Source: Octopus sinensis (Eukaryota). From it: 64,000 nt of DNA. The notes beneath the pieces were generated by a model. That model did no database searches. It worked only from the letters and a program-made list of their open reading frames with translations, and had not been told where the DNA came from. Below, one piece after another: positions 1 to 12,065 of this stretch (positions within the stretch are counted from its first letter, which is position 1; every line of letters begins with the position of its first letter). The position numbers were made by a program, and so were the translations under genes. Location of the stretch: positions 107,198,001 to 107,262,000 of the forward strand of contig NC_042999.1 of the NCBI RefSeq assembly GCF_006345805.1, given 5' to 3'.

Positions 1-26
1 TCCCCCGATCCCTTATCTGGTGGTCA

Positions 27-1170
27 ATGAGGAAACTAGGGATAGATGAATGGCTGGTGAGGGCTGTGCAAGCCATGTACAGGGATGCCGTAAGTAAGGT
101 TAGGGTTGGCAACATGTACACAGAAGAATTCAAAGTAGAGGTTGGGGTCCACCAGGTTTCAGTACTCAGCCCCCTCCTATTTATCATAGTCCTCCAGGCA
201 ATTACGGAGGAATTCAAGACAGGTTGCCCCTGGGAGCTCCTATATGCTGACGACCTTGCTCTTATTGCTGAGTCACTATCAGAACTGGAGGAGAAGTTCC
301 AGGTGTGGAAAGAGGGTCTAGAATCGAAGGGCCTTAGAGTCAACCTAGCTAAAACCAAAGTACTAATAAGTAGGAAGGTAGACAATCCACAAATGTCTTC
401 AGGAAAATGGCCCTGCTCGATCTGTAGAAAAGGTGTAGGTAGAAACTCTATAAGATGTACCCAGTGTAAGCTATGGACACATAAGAGGTGCAGCAATGTC
501 AAAGGAAAGCTAACTGGGAAGATAGTTTTTGTATGTGGCAGATGCTCGGGAGCATTAACCTCTGAAAATCTGCAGAAAACAACTTCCATCACTTCCGTTA
601 TCTTGGTGATCAAGTCAGTAGTGTGGGTGGGTGTGCTGAAAGTGTAACGGCTAGAGTAAGAATAGCTTGGGCAAAGTTTAGGGAGCTTTTACCTCTGCTG
701 GTGACTAAAGGCCTCTCGCTCAGAGTAAAAGGCAGACTGTATGATGCATGTGTATGAACAGCCATGCTACATGGCAGTGAAACATGGCTGTGACTGCTGA
801 GGACATGCGTAAGCTCGTGAGAAATGAAGCCAGTATGCTCCGATGGATGTGTAATGTCAGTGTGCATGCTCGACAGAGCGTTAGTACCCTGAGAGAAATG
901 TTGGACCATCTCTTGCACACCATCAGTTGTGGTGTGCAAGAGAGACGATTGCGCTGGTATGGTCATGTGGCGAGAATGGATGAAGATAGGTGTGTGAAAA
1001 AGTGCCAATCCCTAGCAGTGGAGGGAACCCGTGGAAGAGGTAGACCCAGGAAAACTTGGGACGAGGTGGTGAAGCACGACCTTCGAACTTTAGGTCTCAC
1101 TGAGGAAATGACCAGCGACCGAGACCTTTGGAAATATACTGTGCATGAAAAGACCAGGCAAGACAAGTGA
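27..1170 (+). pseudogene. Disrupted reverse-transcriptase ORF2
   Basis: Split over frames. A deletion near 594 relative to the paralog at 37900-37985 shifts the frame, and there is an in-frame TGA near 775. Confidence 0.85.
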
Positions 1171-1376
1171 GTCCAGCCCACTTATACATGCCTTTCCTCC
1201 CTTGGACGCACAAAGACCTGTTGAGGCAAGCGAAGTCGATATCGAACCTCATCCGACGACAGGCACCTATGCCCACCCCACTTTGCTTGCGAAGACCTGT
1301 TGGGGCAAGTGAAATCGAAATTGAACCAATCCTATGACTGGCACCCGGCAGATGCCAGGACCCCTGGACTGGAGAT

Positions 1377-1589
1377 ACGTAAAAAGCACAATCTGAATCG
1401 TGGCCGATGCCAGCGTCGCCTTGACTGGCTTCCGTGTCCGTGGCACGTAAAAAGCACCATCCGAATCGTGGCCGAAGCCAGTGCCGCCTCGACTGGCTTC
1501 TGTGCAGGTGGCACGTAAAATGCACCAATCCGACCGTGGCCGATGCCAGCCTCGCCTGGCACCAGTGCAGGTGGCACGTAAAAAGCACC
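1377..1589 (+). repeat. 63-68 bp tandem repeat in the RTE 3'UTR
   Basis: Anchor acgtaaaa(a/t)gcac at 1377, 1445, 1513 and 1576. Confidence 0.85.
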
Positions 1590-2130
1590 CACTACACTCA
1601 CGGAGTGGTTGGTGTTAGGAAGGGCATCCAGCTGTAGAAACATTGCCAGATAAGACCGGAGCCTGGTGCAGCCTTCTGGCTTCCCAGATCTCCGGTTGAA
1701 CCGTCCAACCCATGCTAGCATGGAGAACGGACGTTAAACGATGATGATGATGAGGATGATGATGATGATTAATCAGTACAAACATTTGAGTAAATTTCTT
1801 TAGCTTACTTCTGACAATTAATATTTTAATTAAACACATTGTTATTATGATTGTAAATAGTTATGTTCTCTGTATAAGGACACAATATATTTGTGTGATA
1901 ACTTGAAATTATACTATACACCTATTAATCGTCAGTGTTAATTTCTAAGTCATCATGCGACTGCTACAAAGTATATTTCCTGTCTCCATCTGGTTGAGAC
2001 ATTCCTTGCAGCATCACAAATAGTTTCTCTTTAATGTATGAATTACATACAGAATCTTCTCCAAACTTATCAAAATGGCTTTGCTTTCACCAAAAGGATT
2101 CTTTTCAATCATTAGATAGCTAGCCATCTC

Positions 2131-2132
2131 TC

Positions 2133-2219
<87 letters not shown>

Positions 2220-2325
2220 CTATCTATCTCTTTCTCCCTTTCTCAAAGAAGAAGAAGAAGAAGAAGAAGAAGAAGGACGACGATGACGAAGACGACGACA
2301 ACAACAACAACAACAACAACAACAT
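2131..2325. repeat. Compound microsatellite (TCTA)n, then (GAA)n-(GAC)n-(AAC)n
   Basis: Read directly. Confidence 0.95.
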
Positions 2326-3331
2326 AAGTCCAAAAGCATTAGTCACTTTACTTCTCAGAACAATTTAACTCACTCTAATCTATGGACTCGTCTATTGGCT
2401 AATGGTTGGTAATGCAGTCATCACTAGTTTTTTCAGATTTTGGGGCTTTATCCTGTAGTGTATTTAGGATTACCTTAACCAATGTTTCTTTCTGTTTTTA
2501 ATACTGAAAGCTTTGGGGTTCTCTATCACTGACTTGTGGAAACAATAATATCCAACATCACAGTTGTGGAGTGTGACAATTTGGAGCATAAAGAAGAATT
2601 GGGTTCTGAGTTCGAAATTTTATACAATAATTCTTTGACAAGAAAGGAGATAGAAAAGGAAGGGAGAAGAATTTCAAAAAATTAACATATCACATGAATT
2701 AGTCATGTAAGTAACTGATCTACTTCTTGGAATATAAGCTTGGCTCTTTAAATTTTACAATGTTTGGTTGTTTGTCTTCACTCACGATTAAAAAATTATG
2801 AAAAGTATTGATTTAGGATTTCAAAAGAATATTAGAAATTAACCACCATGTGTATACCACATTAAGGAAGCCACATAATGTAAACAAGTTTTAATAAATA
2901 TCTTAAGACAATGGAAAATATTTTGCTTTAAAAAACACTTGTGTAAGCTGCAATTTGTTACTGAAATGGGAGAAATAAACATGATGAGATAATTTTTTGT
3001 TTGTTTGTTCTTGTGTGTGTGTGTGTGCATGCGTGAGTGCGTGTGTGTGTGTGCATGTGTGTGTGTTTGCGTGTGCATGTGTGTGTTAATTCACATACGT
3101 GCATGTTTGCATGTATGTCTGAAAATTTTTTTCCCTTTCACTTTGTTTCATCTAGTTGTTACTGTTATATTTCTCTGCTCCAAATAACAGCTAAATATTC
3201 CTCAAATCACAATCTTCAATCTAAAATAAAGAAGGATGCATTGCATGAAAACAGGTGGGTTCACAGCAAGAACAGCTGGAATCAGTGTTCTCCATGATGA
3301 AGGCTCACACAGATTAATAGCAGCATGTATA

Positions 3332-3371
<40 letters not shown>

Positions 3372-3448
3372 GTTTATATATTTGTTGTGCAAGATTTTTT
3401 ATGTGAAGTCGTGTGTTGAATGGCAAAATGACCATTCCGAAATATAAT

Positions 3449-3526
<78 letters not shown>

Positions 3527-3739
3527 GTGTGTATTTACTTCTAATAATGGGGATAATGGAATTTTTTTTTTATTTCTGTTAGCCTGCTTTTCTTGTTTCA
3601 ACACATATATTTATAGTGAAAAATATTGTATATGGTTAGATAATCTAAAGTCTATTTTTCAGCATATTGGCATAGAAATATTTGAGGTGCTACACATGGC
3701 TAGTTAGGGACATAATGAAACATCTTTCTGGGACCCTCA

Positions 3740-4320
3740 AGGATGACTGGTGGTTAGAGAAGTGTCACTTGAAAGGCATGCTGGCGAATCTGATGTATTT
3801 ATTGGGCATGTTCTCATTCCTGATGTATCTCTGATTGGTTCTGGGCCTGGGGACGTATTGCAAGGGCTGCTATCATTATGGCACATTGGTCTGGCAGTGC
3901 TGGTATGTCTGTCATCGCCACAGTTGTTGTCACCATGGTGGCTGTGTCTGGCCATAGGGTTGGCACTGTTGCTACCAGTGGTGGTGTGGGTGCCACTGCT
4001 AGTAACATAAGGTGCAGGGCCTGTTACTTCCTCACTGTTGCTGGTACTGGTCTGGTCATGCCCTGTGGCTGTGGTGTTGGTATTGGGGTTGCTGGTTACC
4101 TCCTCGGTGTCATTGGTACTGAACTGGTCATTCTCTCTGGCTATGGTGTTGGTACTGGGGTTGTTGGCATCAGAGTTGGTGTTTCTGCCACTGTTGCCAC
4201 CTCAGGTACCATCATCATTGTTAATTGTATATTGTTGCTATTGTGGTTACCAAATCTAGGTATCACCAAAGCCTCGTAGATGACTCCTTCAGCCTCGCAT
4301 CAGTCAACTACTGGACAGTT
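3740..4320 (-). pseudogene. Decayed Pro/Thr/Ala-rich reading frame of unknown origin (possibly retroelement ORF1/gag-like)
   Basis: GC-elevated island. One minus frame reads MMVPEVATVAETPTLMPTTPVPTP*PERMTSSVPMTPRR*PATPIPTPQPQGMTRPVPATVRK*QALHLMLLAVAPTPPLVATVPT with scattered stops. Confidence 0.4.
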
Positions 4321-4369
4321 ATTGTATGTGTGTGTGTGTGTGGATAGATAGATAGATAGATAGATGTGT

Positions 4370-4399
<30 letters not shown>

Positions 4400-4400
<1 letters not shown>

Positions 4401-4850
4401 TGTTTGTTGGTGAGAAATTTGCTTTTCTGTCATATATTTCTGTGTCCATTCGCACTGCCTGGCACCTTGGGCAAGTGTCTACTATAGCCCTGAGCTGACA
4501 TAGCCTAGATTAATAGATGGAGAGTAAAAGAGTCCCAATGTATATACGTGTGGCAGGGGGATTGAATGAGTGTTTGTGTGAGTGTGTGTGTGTCTGTGTG
4601 TGTTTGTATCTCCTTGTTTTTATATTGCAGAATAGTTGCAAATGAGTGTCACTGTTATACAAGTGGTCTCATTCATTTCCAATATTCTGCGAGAACATAT
4701 CTGGCCATTGAGAAATATTACTCTTTTGGGAACAGGTGGGAATTGGGAATATATTGGGGCATCCAGCTAAAGAAAATTTGTTTCAAGTAAATGCACTCAA
4801 ATAAGTGCAAGCACAGAAAAGTGAACGGTCAATGATGATGATGATGGTGT
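4400..4850 (+). mobile_element. Degenerate tRNA-headed SINE with an RTE-like 3' tail
   Basis: ggcaccttgggcaagtgtct matches the SINE at 5843-6247. The end gggcatccagct...(atg)n matches the RTE tail at 1620-1769. Confidence 0.65.
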
Positions 4851-5799
4851 GGGGGGATGATGATGATGTATACATATATGTCAACATGACGTGAAGCCTT
4901 TCTTAGGCACGGAATCACTACATCACCCTTCAACAGGTATGTATTTGCAATCCAAGAGCTGGACAAACAAAAGAGAATGAAGTCCTCAGAGCCCCAAAAT
5001 GCAACCAAAAATGTTGATTATATTACATTTCTGTGGAAGACCTCACACATGTGGTCAGCATCTGCCCAAAAATGTCAAGGTACTATCTATCAATGCAACA
5101 CAATGTATTTTCTTAAGCAATATACAAAGCCATCCAAAAAATTACTGTCCTGGAATAAATATAGACTCATATCTGTTATTGAATATATGCATGAACATCA
5201 ATGCAAGGAATATTGGTGAAACATTCATATCAATATTTCAATCAAGTATAAATATAACATGCCAAATATCGTTTTTTAGGACAGACTAGAGAAATTATGT
5301 AGTCATAGAGATCAGCTGCTTTGCAGATGTGAATATCTCTTTCAAAATTAAAATGAAATGGAATAACTATGGAAAACTGCTTTGTAATCTCCAGCTTCAA
5401 TGTTCAGAAAATAAATTCACATTTATCCAAAAGTAGTTGATGCACTTGGTTTTGTAAAAATCTGGAAAAACAGGTTTTCAAAACAGAAATCAACCATTTA
5501 ATATACACATTATTTATACCATGTGTAAGTAGAATGGTAAAAATATGCAAGACTTTTCTCAAATTCAAAATGCAGCATTGTTTTTGCTACCTACATTCCA
5601 GTAATGGAGCTTTGTATCTTTGTTTGAAACCAGTGCCTTCCTTACAGGGAGACATCAAATAATTAAAATAAGAAGAGAACACACACACACACACATGCAT
5701 GGATATATATCATTGTAAAGATATACCATCATTACCATCATTTAAAATCTGTTTAGAAAATTACCATCACAGTTCTCACTCCACTTAAAGGCTCTAACT

Positions 5800-6447
5800 T
5801 AATCAGTCCTTCAGCATTCAGATTACTTTGTCAACTATTCTCTCTCTTTACTCTCTTTTACTTGTTTCAGTCATTTGACTGTGGCCATGCTGGAGCATCG
5901 CCTTTAATCGAACAACTCGACCCCGGGACTTATTCTTTTGTAAGCCCAGTACTTATTCTATCGGTCTCTTTTGCTGAACCACTAAGTAACGGGGACATAA
6001 ACACACCAGCATCGGTTGTCAAGCAATGCTAGGGGGACAAACACAGACACACAAACACACAAACGCATATATATACATATATACGACGGGCTACTTTCAG
6101 TTTACTTCTACCAAATCCACTCACAAGGCTTTGGTCAGCCCGACGCTATAGTAGAAGACACTTGCCTAAGGTGCCACGCAGTGGGACTGAACCTGTAACC
6201 ATGTGGTTGGTAAACAAGCTACTTACCACACAGCCACTCCTGCGCCTATATAATGATTATCTATTCACATTTTTTAAAAATTCATCATGTATTAACTTGT
6301 AGTTTTGAAATATTAAAGATGTGATTGTTTATCTTTAGAGTGAAATTACAGACTAGGTTTGAGAGACCAGATCTGGCCAGTATGAACATTAAGTGGATGG
6401 AACATTTGGGTTAGATATGGTGGGTATAAATGCTAAAGAGTCAAGAC
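5800..6447. mobile_element. Probable MITE with TTAA-like ends, interrupted by a SINE
   Basis: Left end ttaatcagtccttcagcatt and right end aatgctaaagagtcaa are imperfect inverted termini. The SINE at 5843-6247 lies between them. Confidence 0.45.
5843..6247 (-). mobile_element. Near full-length tRNA-derived SINE (family 1: CORE-like segment, central microsatellite)
   Basis: Minus strand has A-box-like tggctgtgtggtaag and B-box-like ggttcagtccc, then ccttaggcaagtgtc, central (CA)/(TA), and tail gtaaaagagagtaaagag. Several paralogs occur in the window. Confidence 0.85.
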
Positions 6448-6649
6448 TGCATAGATACCATGTGGACAAGTTTTTGCCACACATAAATGTACAGAAACTT
6501 TGCTAGCATCTTATATTATTTCCTTTCTTTATTGCTAATTAATTCATTATAATGCATATTGACTTCTTTTATCTATTTATATTATGAATAAGGTTTTTAA
6601 CAATAACTATCCCTATCCAAATCACAAGATTCAGTTTATGCTTCAGTCT

Positions 6650-7180
6650 GAACAACAAAGCCAAACAAATTTAACAACCTTAATTTAGATAAAACATTGT
6701 AGCTGCTGCGTAAGCTAACATCTGTTTGGGAAGAAACCACGTTGAGTTATTTTCCTCTAAGAATATAATGAGTTCTTCTTTGATAATTTATTCCATGATT
6801 ATGATGTTATGTAAAGTCAGGATTTTAAAATCGCCTCTGCTTCTTCTCTTATGGACAGAGTATTTCCTATCATTTCCTATCAGTAAATAGTTGAGGTTTG
6901 CTGCTGAGGCTATACTCTTGTTATCTAAGATGGCAATTACAGCGGTTCTTTTCTATAAATATAATGAATAGCTAGATTTGCCTCATACCAAGTTGCAATG
7001 TTAAAGAAATCTGTTAGCTCAAGGATTTACACATGCTCCAGTAGGGTGATAAAAATACTATTGAAATGATTGTTGATATTTCAGTTTCTTTTAGGGTCTG
7101 CAGCACAAGATTAACTTCCTTCGAATAATAACTTAAATTTGTGGTCGAAAGAGATTGCTCCTTTTTTTTATCTTGAATTT
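6650..7180 (-). pseudogene. Highly decayed CR1-like RT remnant
   Basis: Minus frame IIIME*IIKEELIIFLEENNSTWFLP resembles the (IMEKII..L..FLE.N...QHGF) segment of CR1 RT. Confidence 0.35.
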
Positions 7181-7321
7181 GAAGAAAACTTTTGTGTTTT
7201 TTTTAGAGCTGTTTCTTTTACCACTTTATTTCATGAAAACACATTTTTTTAATGTCTGGAAGGCATATGTTAAAATCGTTCCCTTTTCTTCAAAATATTT
7301 CTACATTTAATCAATTTGAAA

Positions 7322-7442
<121 letters not shown>

Positions 7443-8029
7443 GTAAGACTTTTGTGAATATCTCCCATTGCCAGTGGGTATATGTTTAATGTATATAGCT
7501 TGCATTACTGACATAAATTACTTCAATTTTATGGCATGGTCTTGCAAAGAAATGATTTTAGACATTTTACAGATCTCTTAATTGATTTCTATTGTACTTT
7601 TTCAAATTCAGAATAGACAAAATTGAAGAGTTGTGTGTGGACAGTGAACTACAATTTCCCTTGGGTTATACATTGTTAATTCTCATGTGATAAGATAAGA
7701 GAAAATTGTAGAAGAAACATATAAATATGTTGGATGGTTCTCACATTTTCTGGGAAGCAGTGATTATCTTGAGCAGTAAACTCTTTGTTTCAGTGAGCCT
7801 GCTTGTAAGATCAAGATGAGAAACTGCATGTCATTATCATGCTGTTATTTCTGGGAGACTATAATACTGTGACCGTTTGAAGTTAGTACGATTGAAAGAG
7901 AACATGAGCTTGCTGATCCAAGTAGGTTAATACTTAATGTGTGTGTGTGTGTGTGTGTGTGTGTACATATGTAGTGATATAGACAGATAAACAGATACAG
8001 ATATTAAATAATATGGATATATATATATA

Positions 8030-8872
8030 CAGTGACATGCAGCAAGTAAATAGACACCTTTAATTTTCAAAATTTCTGATCTATGCATCTTAATATGTTT
8101 TCAGCAGTGTAGAATTTACAATGTAATCATTCTTTTTCATTCCAGGTGCCATTATATTAAATATTTGCGAAGAGTAACCATGCTACGTGCAAAAAAATTC
8201 AGCAGAACTGTCAGATTTTCAAAGAGGTCGTATTGTTGGGCAATTTGAGGCTGGTCTTAGCCAGTGTTTGGGTTTGGAGGCTTCCCAATCAAGAATTTGA
8301 TTTGAAACAACTCCAACCAACTGTAATGGTATGGGGAGCTGTCACCAGCAATGGCTGTTCTGAGCTGATCAAATGTGTTGGAACCATAAACTCTAAAAAA
8401 TACATCAAAATACTTAAGCAAGGACTACTTCCGATGTATTCACATGATAACATAAGGATAAATGAGATTTTATTCATAGAAGATGGGGTTCCATGCCACA
8501 CAGTGAAAACAAAACAACAATGGCTGGCTGAAAATGGGATCAAAAAGCTTCCTTGGCCGAGCCAATGTCTTGACATGAACCCAACTGAAAATCTTTGGAG
8601 CATATTAGATAGAGCTATACAAAAATCTCAACAGAAACCTAAATCTAAAGATGAATTGTTTCGATTTTTGCAAGAAAAGTGGGCATAAATTCCACAAAAG
8701 ACAATCACAAAGCTCATCAGTTCAATTTCTGAATTAAAAACTGCAAAGGGAATATCAGCTAAATACTAAAGTATGTAGTCCTACCTATCAATTACATTTC
8801 AATTGTTCACTTTGCATATTAAATAAAAGATTTTGAAAATAAAAGGTGTCTATTTATTTCCTGCATGTCTGT
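8030..8872 (+). mobile_element. Internally deleted Tc1 (DD34E) transposon with both TIRs
   Basis: About 43-bp TIRs: 8030-8073 gacatgcagcaagtaaatagacaccttt and its inverse at 8830-8872, flanked by TA tracts. ORF 8233..8688 has ED(34 aa)E spacing, EDG...MNPTE. Confidence 0.9.
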
Positions 8873-8875
8873 GTG

Positions 8876-8950
<75 letters not shown>

Positions 8951-8956
8951 AAAGAG

Positions 8957-9018
<62 letters not shown>

Positions 9019-10104
9019 TTATGAGTATTTATAGAACACGTATCCTATAGCAACTTAACAAATAATTAAAGATGGAGAAGAGAAGGTGTTAAAAGTTTTT
9101 TAAAATGCATACAATTATCTTGAACGGTAATATTAACATGTAAATGACATGGAAAAAATTAGAAATTCATTTAATTATAATTATAATTAAATTAATTACC
9201 TATTACTGTTCTCCTCAATGTGAAAGAAAAATACATCAGAAGAATATTATGTTGTTACAGAAGACTAGATGGAATGAGTGTCCCATAACATATTCAGATA
9301 TGCATAATATGCTTATGAAAGATGAAAGATAAAAACATGCTAAGGTAGTTTTGAGTCTGGTTGTGTATGAACTGTAACTGATGTGGTTAACGGTTGTTTG
9401 AAAATATAAGTGAAAAATGTTTAAGACACATTCTCTCTATATGAAGATAAGTAATTAAGTAATATGCAATCCAACCCTGTGAAGGACCTTTGTTTTTAGC
9501 TGCCTGGACTACAGTTCTAAGCTATGGTTATCAAATAGTGCCAAACTAGCAGAGCTTGAAGCGATTTAATGCCTCTACACTAATAAGATTATAACAGTGC
9601 AGCAGATGATCTTCAGGGAGAGACTGAGAAAACTATGACTTTACTCCCTGGAGTGAAGGCAAGACAGATATGTCACACACATGCTTGTGTGTGTGCATGC
9701 ATGTGTATGTGTGTGTGTTTGTCTCTGCGTTTGTCCCTCACCACTGGTTGACAACTGCTGTCAGTGTGCCCCATAGCATAGCAGTTCAATGAATGAGACC
9801 GATAGAATAAGTACCAGGCTTTCAAATTCATTGGACTAAAAACTTCTTCAATGCATTGTCCCTGTATGGCCTCAGTCTAATGACTGAAACATGTATATGC
9901 ACACAAAAGAAACACATGCATATACTAATGATGAAATATAAGAAATAGAGATAAATAAGTAAATAAATGAAAAAACTTTTGTATAAATGGCACAGATACA
10001 AGAAATGTAATGAGCAAACCCATATACATACACACAAAACACACATACAAAGCATATAAACACACTTATACACACAAAAACACTCACACATACACAAAGA
10101 CATA

Positions 10105-10583
10105 CAGCATCTCGAAAGAGTCCAGAAGCTGGCTACCCGCATGGTTCATGGTCTCAAACATTTGTCCTACGAAGAAAGGCTGAGGACGCTCGACCTTTAT
10201 TCTCTTGAAAAACGCCGCCGCCGTGGTGATCTCATTCTCGCCCACAACATCATAAGCGGAAAGTGTAACCTCTCGAAAGAGCTGTTCTTCACTCCTGCTC
10301 CAGAGCGTCGGCTGTGGGGTCATTCCGAAAAGCTCTACCTGCGACGATTTCATCTCAATCGAAGGAGAGGAGCTTTCTCCGTCCGGGTTGCGGATCCGTG
10401 GAACAAGCTGCCAGACGAGATGGTGAAGATGCCTATGACCGCTTTGTTCAAAGCCTCCCTGGACCTCAAGTGGCCTGAACTCTTTACATGAACACCACCC
10501 TGTACTTAACTCCATGTCCCCCTACATGGCCTTGCTATTTGCTTTTGAGCCAAATTAACTAACTAACTAACTAACTAACTAAC
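10105..10583 (+). mobile_element. 5'-truncated CR1-type LINE 3' end with (TAAC)n tail
   Basis: LERVQKLATRM..LSYEERLRTLDLYSLEKRRRRGDLI...FSVRVADPWNKLP, stop at 10491, tail aactaactaac. Confidence 0.9.
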
Positions 10584-10589
10584 AATCAA

Positions 10590-11054
10590 TACTCAAGTCT
10601 ACTGTCTGCAATTAGAGTGTTTGAACCAAGCTTTGAAGAAAAAAAGACCCACTTTAGTGAATCGGAAAGGAATGATGTTTCTTCAGGACAATGCACGACC
10701 CCACACTGCAAAGATCATATCACAGAAGATTGAAGAGCTTGGTTGTGGAAAAATTCCCCATCCACCTTATTCTCCCAACCTTGGTCCTTTGGACTACCAT
10801 TTGTTTCGTAGTTTACAGAATTATTAGGGGGACATAACTTTCGCAAGCCAGGCGGAGGTCGAAACTGACATTTCAGAGTTCTTCGCTTTGAAACCAAAAG
10901 AGTTTTACATTGATGGGATTAAAAAGCTTGTAAATTGATGGAAGGAAATCAGATAATCAGGGAAAGTACATGATTAAATTTCAATTAAATATAACATTTG
11001 ATCACTTGTTTTCTTTATTCAACATTCGGACAGAACTTATGGGATGACCTGATA
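10590..11054 (+). mobile_element. mariner (DD34D) 3' fragment with terminal repeat
   Basis: QDNARPH...PHPPYSPNLGPLDYHLF has 34 aa between the aspartates. Ends cggacagaacttatgggatgacctga-TA. Confidence 0.85.
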
Positions 11055-11068
11055 TATGTATGTATGCA

Positions 11069-11112
<44 letters not shown>

Positions 11113-11349
11113 ATATATATAAACACAAATATCAGTGCTTGTTTCTATGTTCATTTGTAATAAAAACAATTTTACATTAATCTTTTAGAGTAGAAATTTA
11201 TTAGTCTTCTACAAGAATGTTGTCAGTAGAGATTTCAGCCTTGAACATGAGGCCTTAGCTGACCAAAACTTCAAAGTTGCTGCCAACAGCATTTTTGTAT
11301 AAGAAATAATACATACATACATACATACATACATACATACATACATAAA

Positions 11350-11586
11350 TATCTTTTACCCTTTACTTGTTTCAGTCATTTGACTGTGGCCATGCTGGGG
11401 TAACACTTTGAAGGATTTCGGTTGAATGAATCAAGTCCAGTACATTTTTCCTTGGAAGTCTAGTACTTATTCTATTTCTTTTGCTGAATCACTAAATTAC
11501 AGGGATGTAAACACACCGACACTGATTGTCAGGCAGTGATGGGAGACAAACACAGACACAATGACACACTCACAGATATACACACC

Positions 11587-11656
<70 letters not shown>

Positions 11657-12065
11657 TGAGGGAATATTATTCCAAACTTACAGAGAAAAATTCAATTTAG
11701 AAATACTAAATTAAATTTCACAAAATATAATATATATATACATATATAAATATATATAAATTAGAAAAAAAACCACCTTTTATCAATTCAATAATGAAAA
11801 ATTAAATTATACCATTTAGAAAAATTACATATTATAGAAAGATTAAATATAAGATAAAACATATAACAATGATTAAGTAATATGCAAAATAGTAAATAAA
11901 ACGTATATATATAGGCTTCTTTCAGTTTCGAAACGCCAAATCCACTCACCAGGCTTTGGTTGGCCTGAGGCTATAGTAGAAGGCACTTATCCAAGATGCC
12001 ATGCAATGGGACTGAACCCAAAACCATATGGCTGAAAACAAACATTTTACAACATAGCCATACAT
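11350..12065 (-). mobile_element. Family-1 SINE split by an AT-rich insert in its central microsatellite
   Basis: 3' half 11350-11585 and 5' half 11910-12065 both align to 5843-6247. Confidence 0.8.
11655..11905. repeat. AT-rich interspersed element related to 28890-29590
   Basis: Shares ccaaacttacag(a/g)gaaaaatt, a following hairpin, and aaattaga..aaaccac. Confidence 0.6.

Larger units (their letters stand above)
1..1769 (+). mobile_element. RTE-type non-LTR retrotransposon, 3' part (RT, C-terminus, 3'UTR, (GAT)n tail); runs off the window start
   Basis: ORF 27..647 has RT motifs GVHQ.SVLSPLLF and ELLYADDL. ORF 784..1170 has RRLRWYGHVARM and RGRGRPRKTW. A GC-rich UTR follows and ends ggacgttaaacg(atg)n. 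Confidence 0.92.
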
